This document shows positions 1-11,771 of a stretch of 48,170 nt of DNA, in pieces (position 1 is the stretch's first letter; the number at the start of each line of letters is the position of its first letter). The notes under the pieces are model-generated. The model was not told where the DNA came from. It made no database searches and saw only the letters and a program-made list of their open reading frames with translations. Made by a program: the position numbers and the translations under genes. Source of the stretch: Atractiella rhizophila (Eukaryota); assembly GCA_021432655.1 (NCBI GenBank), contig MU271183.1:145081-193250 (forward strand), given 5' to 3'.

Positions 1-1005
1 CTTTCCAAAACGGTGTTGTTGGAGAAGGTCTTTCTCAGCGAGCGGAAAAATTGGGTGAAAGAAGGACGCCTAATCTCTGTTCAATGACGATGGTTTTATT
101 GCTTCAATTCTTTCATCTTCGCTATCACTGTATGCAGGGTTTTCATTCTTCAAATAATTTCAACAATTTTTGCGTCTTTTCTTCACTCCGTGCCATTAGC
201 ATAATTGTATATAGAAAACGTTTGTAAACGATCTCCCTGTTGTATTGTAACAACAATCGCATGTTTTCTCAAATATTGGGAGGCAATGGTCGGATTATGC
301 ATGCGTTAACACTGCGAAATTCTTACCGCATCTTTTGAGCTTTTTCTTCGTCGTTTGAAGTTGCCAGTATCAATTTTTAACACAAGCAGTATTATCTGCC
401 TTTGCAGAACTGCGGAACCTGCTCGAGAAACAAAAAGAGAACTCACTCGCATGAGAGAGTCCATTTCCCGCTTATTGTACCCTCACCTTGAAATGTCCAT
501 CTAGTTAACTATGGTTTCTAAAACGAACTCCAGGGAGATCGGCAGCACTAAGCGACGGTAGAAATATTCAAATCACGTGATGTTAATTATTTTCTTGTTT
601 TTGGCCATTGGTTCCACTGGTGTCCGCCCAACTCCAATGGCTGATCAGTTTGTACTAGAGATTCCAGGATGTTTTCCTATATTGCTTCACGCGTCGGTGT
701 CGCGGTTGGCACTGAGACCGTCTTTATCTCACAACAATCTGCTGCTGGCCCGTTTTCTGTTCTCAGCAAAACTGTTCGATCGTGGGAAGGCATCCAGCAA
801 CCCTTTCCATCCCGCAATTCCACATCAGCTGACTATTCTACCCTATAAAATCCATGGTTTGCCATCAGGAACTCCATGTCCCTTGCTGCCTGCTTCAGTA
901 CGCCACATTCTTTTCCTGCCCCAAGTCGAATACCTAAACACTCATTATTACTTCTATTCCATCACAAGCCATTGTAAATTCTCAATTTTCACCTAGAAAC
1001 TGTGA

Positions 1006-2809
1006 TGAAGGAACCTAGAGAACCTGATTCTCAGCCTTGTCTTCAATTCTTTCAAGTAGGTCTCCTCCCGTTTTCGTCTGAGAGGAGCCATCAACTAATT
1101 CTCGCTTCTTCATTGTAGATCTATGTCGAGCCAGAGAAAGTCAGTGCCTATCTTTCTGAGTCCAACACCGACCTATCCTCCCACGCAAGCGCAAACGAAG
1201 CTGAGACTATCGCCGTGAACGAGCAGGAGTCGAGGCGTCTCCATGATCAGAGGACAGCAGATGTTGTGTTCGCGTCTGCCGAGCCCGATCACGTATGCTC
1301 GTCCACTCTGGCATCCGAGAAGTCGTCAAGGATTATTTTGAGCGACATCCGCGAGAAGGCGTCGTGCGAAAGTGGTGGACAGAAGACGAGACGGAATACC
1401 TGTTCGAGTTTGCAGTAACTCGACAGGCCCTCTGGGAGTTGGAATTCGAAGAACCAGTTCGTCCCTCTCCTGCTTGTTTCCTTCTCACATTTGTACTAAG
1501 CTGGAAACTTCTTTCTTGGCGACGGATGTAGGTGGAAGTCGCTAGCGAAGAGGAAGAGAACGAATCGTATTCTACTTCCCCTACCGCTTGTCATTCTCCC
1601 GCCGATGATCGCGGGCTTGGATTTCCCAAAATTCCTCAAGGGACGGATGGGGGAGACGCGAATATCGATGGCGCCGAATTCACCGTCGACATCCCTCTTC
1701 ACCCTCTGTCGAAACAGTCTCCTTGTTCTGACAAAACCTCTCCTGCCACGAATGACGTGACGTCCCCGCATGTCACGCATCAGAGCGGAGAGGCGAATAT
1801 AAACAGGATCGTGTCTTTGGATGAAGAAGAGGACGCGAGTGAAAGCGTAGGGGATAACGAGCTCGATGTGATCTATACCCTTCCGTTGGACGAAGACGAG
1901 CTCCATATTCTTTCCACGCCTTCAATTTGCGGCGACATCGAGCTCGAAGAGAGGCTGGAGGGACAGATTCCTCTCGGAGAACTTCATGGTTTATCTTCTC
2001 AGGAGTACCCTGTGGATCCGCACTCTTCCGAGAGTAACTGGATTGAATACACGACCCCTGCCACAAACCTATCTTCCTCAGCCCTTTCGAGGACGACGAC
2101 TGGCAGAGCGAGCGAGACAAGCGTGTGCAGTTTTGATGGCGATTTTTCATTCTCTTCGGATGAAGGAACGGACTCGTCCTTCTCTTCTTCTGACGTCGAG
2201 GAAGTGGCCACTGAAACACGCGAGAAACGAGCGAGCGCCTTGACGTGGAACCCACCTTCTCCTCACGTCCCCCTTCCTCATTCCAAGCGCCCAATCCCTC
2301 ACATTCTCCGGCCGACCTCTTGTCACCCTTCCATCGCCGACCTCCCGCCTGGCACGCTGCCATACATTGAGATCCCCCCAGTCTCACACCTGGATGGTGG
2401 GCGTGGTCGCGAGATGACGCTGTCAGAAAGAAGGTATAGGCAATTCGGGATCTGTTCCCTCCCCTCGCTCTACTCAGGCCCGATGCTGCTCGAAGTCGCC
2501 GTCCACCAGGCGTTCGCCCGTTCTCGCGTCGAAGAACAACAGCATGTTGCAATGTGGTTACAGGCGGCGAGGGAAGGGATGCTCGTCGTTGGAGAAGGAG
2601 AGGAGGAGGAGTTTAGAGAAGCGTGGGATGGCGCGATCAAAATCGAAGAGGAGATTCAGAACGAACTCGAGGACTATAAACGGTGGGCTGTGAGTTGGTA
2701 TAGGGGCATGATGCTGCGTGGGGCGAGGAGAAGACAGGAGAGGCTGGAGGCGTGGGAGCGAAAAGTGGAGAAGGAACTGGGATCTACGGATATCCTCCAT
2801 ATTGTTTGA
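1006..2809 (+). CDS. Hypothetical spliced protein: acidic/Ser-rich low-complexity middle, helical charged C-terminus; 5' structure uncertain
   Basis: Long exon 1532-2809 follows a TAG acceptor. Upstream exons (MKEPREP.., IYVEPEK..) are joined by a GTAGGT..TAG intron. The reading frame is discontinuous near 1290-1295. Confidence 0.5.
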
Positions 2810-3239
2810 ACCATCGCGGTTACCCCTGCACAGGAATGACTGTTGGTGAGCAATACTGTGTAACCCTCTTGGTTTCTCTGCTCTTCTCCGCTCTTTCGTC
2901 AAGGTTGGCGACTGTATACCATGTTGTTGAAAGAATGTCCTCATCTTTGTTATCATCAGTACTAATATCGATTAGACTCGAAGTCCGATTTACCTCCAGC
3001 GTCCTGCCTCATCATCAGACGACTGCTCGATCAATCAGGATGAAAGGGGAATAAGCATTAGTCTTAGTAAAGAAGGACCGATAGTGGTCATTGATAAGGG
3101 GTATAAATGAGTGCTTTGCATCTCCTAGCTCATGCATGCTTCCAGGCTTTTCCTATGGTACATTTCCAATGGACAACATTGACCGCCCGCATCATTATCA
3201 AGAAATTAAAAATAAAGAGCTCATCATCTGATAGCTCGT

Positions 3240-5440
3240 TTAGCATCCTTGACCAGCAGGCGTCAAACCTCCATTGCAGCAGCCATAGTTAGCTGGGTCG
3301 TAGCAAGCCTATCACCAGCCATCAATCAGTACAGAACTACGAAAAGGGGAAGGAAGAGGGGGAGACGCACAGAACCACAAGATTGAGTTCCAGTGGGACA
3401 AAGGACACCAGCATCTGAGCAAGTGTACTGAGAAGAAGTGAATCCTGCGCCGTTGCAGTAGCAAAGAGCGTCGGCAGAGGCGAGGGCTCCGTTAGAGCAG
3501 CATTGGGACGCGGGATCGTAGCAGTTTCCGTTGCAGAGATACTGTCCGGAAGAGCACGAGGTGCTTCCGCCACCAGTGTTGCCACCAGTGTTGCCTCCAG
3601 TGTTTCCGCCAGTGTTTCCACCGTCGTTGCCAGAGTCTCCACCGCTGCTTCCTCCTCCTCCGGAAGATGAGCCGAAGAGATCGGTGCCTTGAGGACAGAA
3701 TTCGATAGTGTAGGAAAGAGTGTTGAATCCGTTCCCGTCAAAGTCGGAGCAGGTGGAGGTGGAAGAGAAGTCGTCGTATGCTTTTCGTCGCAATCCAACG
3801 TCAGCTTTCCCATTTCGGAAAGCTAAGGAAAGGTGACATACGGAAGGTGTATCCGTTGGGAGCTCCCTCCTTCAGCCAACGAAGGGTGGGGAGGATCTCG
3901 GAGGTCCAGACGGGAGAATTGTTCACACAATCGCCAGTTGCTGCCAGGCAACATTCAGTCAGGTGCCAGCCCATTTGCAAAGAAGAGAGCAACACGCACC
4001 TGAAGGGACCTTAGAAGATCCGAGGAGGCTTTCCCATCTAGCATTCCCCAATTAGCACTGCACATGTTAGAGGATCGCAGTCGTGAACGCACTGAGCGCA
4101 ACCACAGCACTTGTCGTCGGCTCCAGGTTGGTAGCACGATCCGGAAGAGACGCCTACGCAGGCGAATTGTTAGGTGGACGGACGAGAAAAGTAGGAGGGA
4201 GGTGTCGACGAACCACATCCTTGGAATGCAGCGATTGTTCCTGTGATTCCTCCGTTATTGACCTGCTTGTTGCAATCGAAGATGGCAGAGTCGCCTTGAA
4301 GGACGCAAGCTGAATTATCCCATGCCACTCAGCATGTACATTCTTTGAGTTGAAGACAGGAAGAGGGAATAAAGACCTTGGTTGGCAGACCAATATCTAC
4401 GTCCTCACATCAGCAAAACCACAACGTGGGAAGGAAGAAACGTACCCGCTGAGGACACCACAAGCTCTTGAGAGCTTTCCATCCGCATATTTCGTACCAC
4501 AATATTGACCGGATCCACAGTCCGAAGAAGCAGAGCAAGAGGCTCCCGAACCGCCAGTGACCTGTCGACAGAATCCGTCGATCAATCATTCCGACAAGAA
4601 CAGGGTAGAAGGAGGACTGACCCAGATATACTTGTCGTCCGGAGGAGAGAACTTCCAAGTGCTAGCACCAAGACCGGTTGCGGGACTGACTCCTCCGAGG
4701 TTGGCGCAGAAGTATGGGTCACCGTCCCGCTTCGTGACTTTGGAAGGAGTGAAGACGACGGGGACGTTGACACCGTGGATGTTCGACTAATAGTTTTTGT
4801 CGGTACAGTTTTCTTTTTTGAATGAAGAGAGGTAAGGATAGGACTTACGACGTCGTAGAAATCTACGTTCTTTTTCGCGAGTGTAATCTCTGCCTTGCCT
4901 CCGACGGGGGCAGAACAACCTTGGCTCGTGCAGGTCGAGTCGTCGGCGAGACACTGTGTTCCTTGCTCGCCTATGTGTTCCTCAGAATTCCTCTTCTGTT
5001 GTGCATATGGAAAAGGAAGGTGACGAACAGAAAGCAAAGTTTCCAGACCAGTTGATATCTTGTCCATTGTCCTACTCATCCTCATCATCAGAAAGACATT
5101 AAAAAATGGGGGGCGAACTGACATAGAAAGGAAGGGTGATTACGCTCTTCTCCCCAGCAGGGAGTTTCCAGTTTCCATTGGACGGCGTAGGGGTATCCCA
5201 GAAACAGATGTTATTCGCTGTCCACTTCTGTCAATCCAATGCAAAAGAATTGAGGGGTAAAGACGGACCGGTGTTACAAGAGCTTCCTTGGGGACAACTT
5301 CCACAAGATCCAGCGGCTCCACTGACGGGTTGGATGAACACTGCGTTGTTACACGAATTGACAAAGGTGAAAGACCTCGAAGGTCCCTGAGCAGAGGCTA
5401 GCTTGGTGAGAGCGGAGAGGAAGATGAAAGCGGCAATCAT
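3240..5440 (-). CDS. Secreted thaumatin-like protein with Gly/Asn/Thr linker and C-terminal Cys-rich CBM52-like module
   Basis: Signal peptide MIAAFIFLSALTKLASA, then SFTFVNSC, AEITL..DFYDV|SNIHGVNVP, WLKEGAPNGYTF, AYDDFSST and YTIEFCP thaumatin motifs across ~10 exons. Ends ...YTC..LCP..SCGS|ACYDPANYGCCNGGL..GC*. Confidence 0.85.
3572..3625 (-). repeat. Imperfect 12-nt tandem repeat encoding a (GGNT)4 linker
   Basis: ccaccagtgttg-like units repeated four times on the + strand. Confidence 0.85.
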
Positions 5441-6616
5441 GTTGCTGTCCTATGGCTGAGGTCGCTGAGATGTAGGTAGACGAGATAAAATGTTCAAGGG
5501 GTAGTAGATATGTATAGGCGAAGGAAGGTAGAAAGAAAGACAGAGCAGGAACTCAAGCCTGAGCGAAGGATGAAGGGGGAGATGATTTGATGCGTGAGAA
5601 GGAAGAAGAGGATAGAATATGGGGACCTCTTCACGACCTCCACCATTTATATCTGTCTGCGCGCCCGCCTGGCTCAAACACCGTCTGATCTGGACGTAAC
5701 AGGAATCATTATCTACGCGCTGTGACGGCTTGGGACAACATGGGCTAAACGCATGGATGAGAGCAGGACTCGACGAAGCAGCGCCTTCAAGATGATGCCG
5801 CACGCTCAACGTTGCAACGAGGGCGTTGCCCCCTGCGCCAAACGAGAAGGTTGAACGATTAAACAGAGGATGGGGACCTCTGCGTGAATCAGCGCGGCTA
5901 TTTTCGCGTTTGATTGACGTCCTTGGAGACGCGTCCGCGGCCTAGCAACGCTGTTTGGCGAGGAGTTCGGCGCCGTCGTCCCCTTGTCCCGCGTGTTCTC
6001 CTTTGGGGGGGAACACAATCCGAGGAAGAAGTGCACGAACATACAGCAATCAAAGGATGCGTATCTACGTTTCAATATGTCTCCAGTGTCAGTGATAATT
6101 GCTGCTGCTTTCATGCAGTGTCGTTGCGAAGATTACAAGAAAGTGAAGGAAGCAGACAAGCGAACCAACCAAAACCAACAGTGGAAATTGACACCCGTCC
6201 GCTTTTGCGTCCTCATGATCCCAAATTACCTTTCCATCGCCTCACCTAATGCATCCGACATCGAGCCAGCACTCCTACACGACGCTGAAAGAACTTCAAT
6301 TCGAGGAAGGTGAAGACTAAAAATGAGTAGAGAATACCACGTGATTTGTTGACCAAACCTTAATTCGCTCATCCAACATTTTCTTATCAGCGCGACTCGT
6401 GCAACATCTTTTGAGTCGAGTTCCCAGTGTTAAAAAGGCACGATTCAGTCACCTTCCCTCTTCCGCCTCTGTATTTCTACTCGTCTTCGTCCATCTCCAG
6501 CCACCTTCACGCGATCGATTGCTTATCGACAGAAATCCATCAACACATTCATCAATACAAACTACAGGAACTACAGCCTCCGTTCATCCTACGCACCGTC
6601 CCTCAGAACATCCAGA

Positions 6617-9465
6617 ATGTCCCTCCCCTCATACTACGTCTCTCCCGCCGGCTCAGACGAGTCGGGGGACGGAAGCCTCGAGAAACCATTCGCTTCGTTG
6701 TTAGGCGCCTTCACTGCGTTGAAGAACAGCGAGGTGAACCTGCTGGTCAAATCTGAACCGAAAGAGGGAGAAGAAGCGAAGGAGGAGTGGGTGCCGGCGA
6801 CCCAATCCGCGTTGAAGAAGTGGAGGAAGATCTACGAGACTCAGTTGCGAAAAGCTTCAAAGGCTGCCTCCACCCCGCCTGCCCAGACACCTGCTCCTGT
6901 CAACGCTGTGGATCCTGCGTCGTATAAGAAACCGGAACCGGAACCAAAGTTGGAGAGAAAGAGGATTAAGGATTTGAGTGAGGAGTTTCATGGGAAGAGG
7001 GTAAAGGTTGGAGGCTGGGTGCATAGGCTGAGAGCTCAGAAGGGCCTCGCTTTCGTCGTTCTGAGGGATGGATATGGGTATCTTCAGGCTGTATTTGCTG
7101 GAAAGGAACTGGTGAGTTTTCGTTTCGGAAAGGATGGGGCGTGATTTGCTGTTCAATTTGACACTGATAAATTTGCCTATTTCTAACTAATTCTTAATCC
7201 TGGTATCACCTACGGATGCCTTGATGTGGATAATAATGCGCGATTAGTACCTTTCACCATTCTTCTTTAGTTATTGTCATATTCTCTTCCAATTCACCTC
7301 CTTCATGAAGGTTCCAAAACGCGGCGCAGCTTGAAACAAGTTTACGCTGCCTCTAACACATTATAAATGCCCTTTCATCAAAAGAGGGAATAATCTTTCT
7401 AATGCTCGTGCGAGACGATTGCCAGATTCGTGTCGGAATTCCAACGCAAATAAAAAAGCTCCAGTTCAATGCAATGAACAATTTGAAGTTCGACGAGAAT
7501 GGTGCATCGATTTCCGTCGATGTTATGGCACTGGATGGTGAAGATAAGTCATGGGTGTAGTGGCTCGATCACGCTTTTGCTTTTTGTCGCTATTGTGCGT
7601 TCCGTTTCTAAGTATGTTCCGCGCAGAGACACTTTTCTGTTTGTTTCATATCTTCATTTTGTATGTGGGAGTTACTGCAGTTTAAGGACGGCGTGACGTT
7701 GGAGGGGCGTACGTCGCCTATGTACTGCCTGCCTTCTTCGACATATGACACTGCAGTCAGGGAATATTTCTGTTCTGACAAACACGTATCCATGGTTGAA
7801 AATGCGGTTGCAAGAGGGTTGGGACAACTATGTTTTACTTCCAGAGAAGGCGATCTTACATGCCTGAGCGACAGCTGCTCTTCCCTACTTCTACCTACTG
7901 GAATCACTTCTGTCTTGGTCTTGAGTTATTGCCTCTCCTTGTGCGATTCTAGCAAGGCATCAATCAAGCCGCTCGTCGTGCGGATCTGTCTCTCCCTTTT
8001 CACTCTCCTAGAAACTATGTGCTGACTTCTTCGAACCAGAGTTCCGCCGCCGCGAACCTTCCCGCAGAGAGTACCCTCTACTTGACTGGCGAACTGAAGA
8101 AAGTGCCAGAAGGCCAGACCGCACCTGGAGGCACGTCCTCCCTTTGTGGATTCTTTGAGTCTAATGATCACATTGTAGGACACGAGCTCGTCGTTGACTG
8201 GTTTGAAGTTGTCGGACTGGCGCCTGCAGAAGGAGAATCCTTCACCAACAAAATCCAAAAAGAAGCCGGACCAGAAGTTCTCGCCGATCTGCGCCACCTC
8301 GTCCTCCGAGGAGAGAACGCGTCCGCCGTTCTCAAAGTGCGATCGGCACTCATGCGCTCCTTCCGTCACACTTACGAAAACATGTCCATCCTCGAAGTCA
8401 CCCCTCCCTGTCTCGTGCAAACTTCGGTCGAAGGCGGCAGCACCCTCTTCCCCTAGACTATTATGGTCAACCCGCATACCTCACCCAATCCAGTCAACTT
8501 TATCTAGAAACTTGTTTACCCAGTTTAGGAGACGTTTTTACCGTCCAAGAGAGCTTTAGAGCGGAAAAAAGTCATACAAGGAGACATTTGAGCGAGTTCA
8601 CACATCTGGAAGCGGAACTCGCTTGGTTGAACTTTGACCAGCTCGTAGATCATATCGAAGAACTTGTACGCTCCGCTCCTCTTTCCTTTCGTATAGATGG
8701 AGCGCTCAAATGAGCGATAGATATGCTCGACTCTCGATCACCTCCTATCCGACCCAGCCAACCGCGCACTCGTCGACTCCCTTCAAGAAGAGGGGAAGCC
8801 TTTCGTTCCCCCTCAACGCCCATTCATCAGAATGGACTATCGGGAAGCCATAAAATGGTTGAACGAACACGGAATCAAGAACGATGTTGGGGAGGATCAT
8901 AAGGTTGGGGATGATATCAAGGAGGCGGCAGAGAGGAAGATGACGGATACGATTGGACGACCCGTCTTCCTGATGCGATTCCCGAAGGAGATCAAGAGCT
9001 TTTACATGAAACTTTGCCCTGGCGATGAAGCGTACACTGAGAGTTGTGATCTGCTCATGCCTGGTGTTGGAGAGATCGTGGGTAGGCAACACCGCCACCT
9101 GTTTTCTCAATGCCGCGCTGACGTGAAAATATAGGTGGAAGTATGAGGATTTCGGACCTCGACCAACTCATGGAGGGATACAAGAGGGAAGGCATCGATC
9201 CGACACCTTATTACTGGTTTACCGACCAAAGGCGGTATGGCACAACTGAACATGGAGGATATGGTCTAGGAGTAGAGGTGCGCCTTTCCATCCATACTCT
9301 AGCTCATGATGTACTAATCGGTTGATCTCAGCGGTTTCTGGCCTGGTTGACCAACAGGTACACAGTGAGAGAATGTTCGCTGTTTCCAAGGTCTGTTCTC
9401 CCTCTTATCATGACAATGTTCTCATTTTTGATGGATATAGATGGATGGGGAGAGCAACGCCGTAA
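6617..9465 (+). CDS. DED81: Cytosolic asparaginyl-tRNA synthetase (class IIb), with one apparent -1 frameshift at ~8453
   Basis: [20 protein letters not shown] (OB fold), [78 protein letters not shown]. Intron 1 spans 7112-8039. Confidence 0.95.
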
Positions 9466-9991
9466 TGTAGTGAATAATTTACGGAAATAGAGATGCTCCG
9501 TTTAATCAGTCTCTTGCCACGGGAACCATTATCAAAGATTCAATCTGAAGCTTCAAAACGCACTGTTGACATTGAATAGTGGAAAGGGGAGTGCATAGCT
9601 CATTAAGAGACGTATTCTAGCAATGATAATTTTTAACCATGAGGATCGTAAAGAGTAAACTTGAAAAGTTGTTCGGCTTCTCATCTCCTTCAGGATGTAC
9701 TACTCAACATGAATCTTTCTGCAAATGGGTCGCGACGCTTGGTAACTTTCTAGTAGCTTCTATTTCGCAAATTTGGAGAACTGATATCTTAAGGGAATCC
9801 ATGCTGGAAACACTGGCACGCACATAGTCAAGTCACGCCGGTCCTGACTCGTCGTCTGCTGGTCACCTTCCCTCACCCTCACCTTTTCCAGCACACTTTC
9901 AGCCCAACCCAGAGTTCAGAGTCTGCAATACCAGTGAGACGATCTACGCCAATTTGTTGAATCTCACTGATCAGATGTAAGAGACGGTATC

Positions 9992-11454
9992 ATGTCCTCC
10001 GAAACAAGCGATGCGAGGCTTCAACGCGAGTCCTCCGGTTTGAACAAGTACGATTCGATGCTTTCTAGACTATCTCAGCCTGTAATATGGCACAAGGGAA
10101 ATGATTCGGTCCGCTTCGCGTTTGCTCATTCTTCAAAAACGAAGACTAAGCAACCATGAAAGATGCTCCTCGAACCCTTCAACTACCTCGCCGCCATACC
10201 AGGCAAAGAATTTCGTTCAGCCTTAATTGATGCCTTCAATGCATGGCTAAAAGTAGAAAATGAAACCTTGGATCGCATCAAAAGAATCGTCGGGATGTTG
10301 CATAATGCTTCGTTGCTGTACGTCTGCCATACAAGTCATAATTCAATTCCATATCGAGTGTTGTCTAGCATGGATGACGTAGAGGACTTTTCAGAGTTGC
10401 GGAGAGGGCAACCAGGTTAGCATTATCTTTTCGGTCCTGAGAAGTAATGGAGGTTGACAGAAAATTCCCTCTGCAGTCGCACATAAAATATATGGGGTGC
10501 CACAGACGCTGAATTGCGCGAACTACGTCTACTTCCTCGTGTATTCCGAACTTTCGCTCCTCCAGACCATCAGAGAGGTCCAACGACCAATCCCGGAAAT
10601 GATTACTGGTGTGCATAATATCAAGCTTCAAGGCTGGCTGACGTAAGGTAATTGCGATAGAGGAGATGATCAACCTTCATCGTGGCCAAGGGATGGACCT
10701 GTTCTGGAGGGACAACCTAGTCTGTCCTACGGAGGACGAGTATATCCAAATGGTGAATAATAGTGCGTCCCTCGACAATCCTTTTTCAGGGAGCTGAATC
10801 GTCGTGACAGAAACAGGAGGGCTTTTTCGGATAGCAATCAAGCTAATGATGGCTACCTCTCCTGAATGTACAGTGTATGCTTATCCATTCAGTCGTTCTC
10901 TCTTCCAATTGAATCAAGCTTATGAGAGCGCGCCGAGCAGCGATTACACGCCAATTGTCAACCTCATAGGGGTTGCATTTCAGATCCAAGATGATTTCCT
11001 GAACCTGCAGTCAAATCAGGTTCGTTTGTGTCATCGTTTGCCTCGTATTTCTTGGAGAATGAGCATCTGATGCTTTACTTGACAGTATACGAAGAATAAA
11101 GGTTACTGCGAAGATTTAACTGAGGGAAAGTTTTCATTCCCTGTCATCCACTCCATTCGTTCTGATCCACATGACCGTAGAATACTCAGTAAGCTCCGTT
11201 ACACTTCTTGTGCCAATACACTAATACGTTCTAATCGAACAGATGTACTGCGACAAAAACCAAAAGAAGAATCGCTTAAATCTCATGCCGTAGAATACAT
11301 GCGCGACTGCACAAAATCTTTCGAATACACGCAACAGGTGCTGGATTCTCTTTGGGATCAAGCGGAGACCGAAATCAAGAGACTCGGAGGGAATGTTGCG
11401 TTGGAGAGGATTGTTAGGGGGATGAGAGAGATGGGGATCTCCAAAGAGGGATAA
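9992..11454 (+). CDS. BTS1: Geranylgeranyl diphosphate synthase (type III)
   Basis: [31 protein letters not shown] (FARM), [26 protein letters not shown] (SARM), [15 protein letters not shown]. Eight exons joined by short GT-AG introns. Confidence 0.93.
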
Positions 11455-11771
11455 ACATCGAGCAGCGTCGAGTCTAGGGTTATATTTGTAAACCTGAGTC
11501 CTCAAGTGATTTGTATGAGAACAGATATATTTCAAGCTGTAAGTAGATGCACCAATGGAAACGCGAGCTAAGTACATAGTCAGCTGAACTCAATTTGTTG
11601 CAACAAGATGAGAAACAATGGGTAATAGCTAGCAAGCGAGCAACGAGCAAATAATGGGAGGATGGATGGACAAAACAAGATGAGTCTGCATTACTAAACC
11701 GGCGAAACACGAATCACTGAAACACGAAATAAGAACGAGGGTGATGATCACAACAGACGAAGACATTGAGC

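Noticed and set aside
1..560. Possible gene or transposon fragment on the minus strand
   Set aside because: Stops occur in all frames, no recognisable motif or terminal repeat was found, and the region is cut by the window edge.
1150..1250. Three in-frame TGA codons suggesting Sec or readthrough in the first gene
   Set aside because: Another frame is fully open over the same interval and no SECIS evidence was seen.
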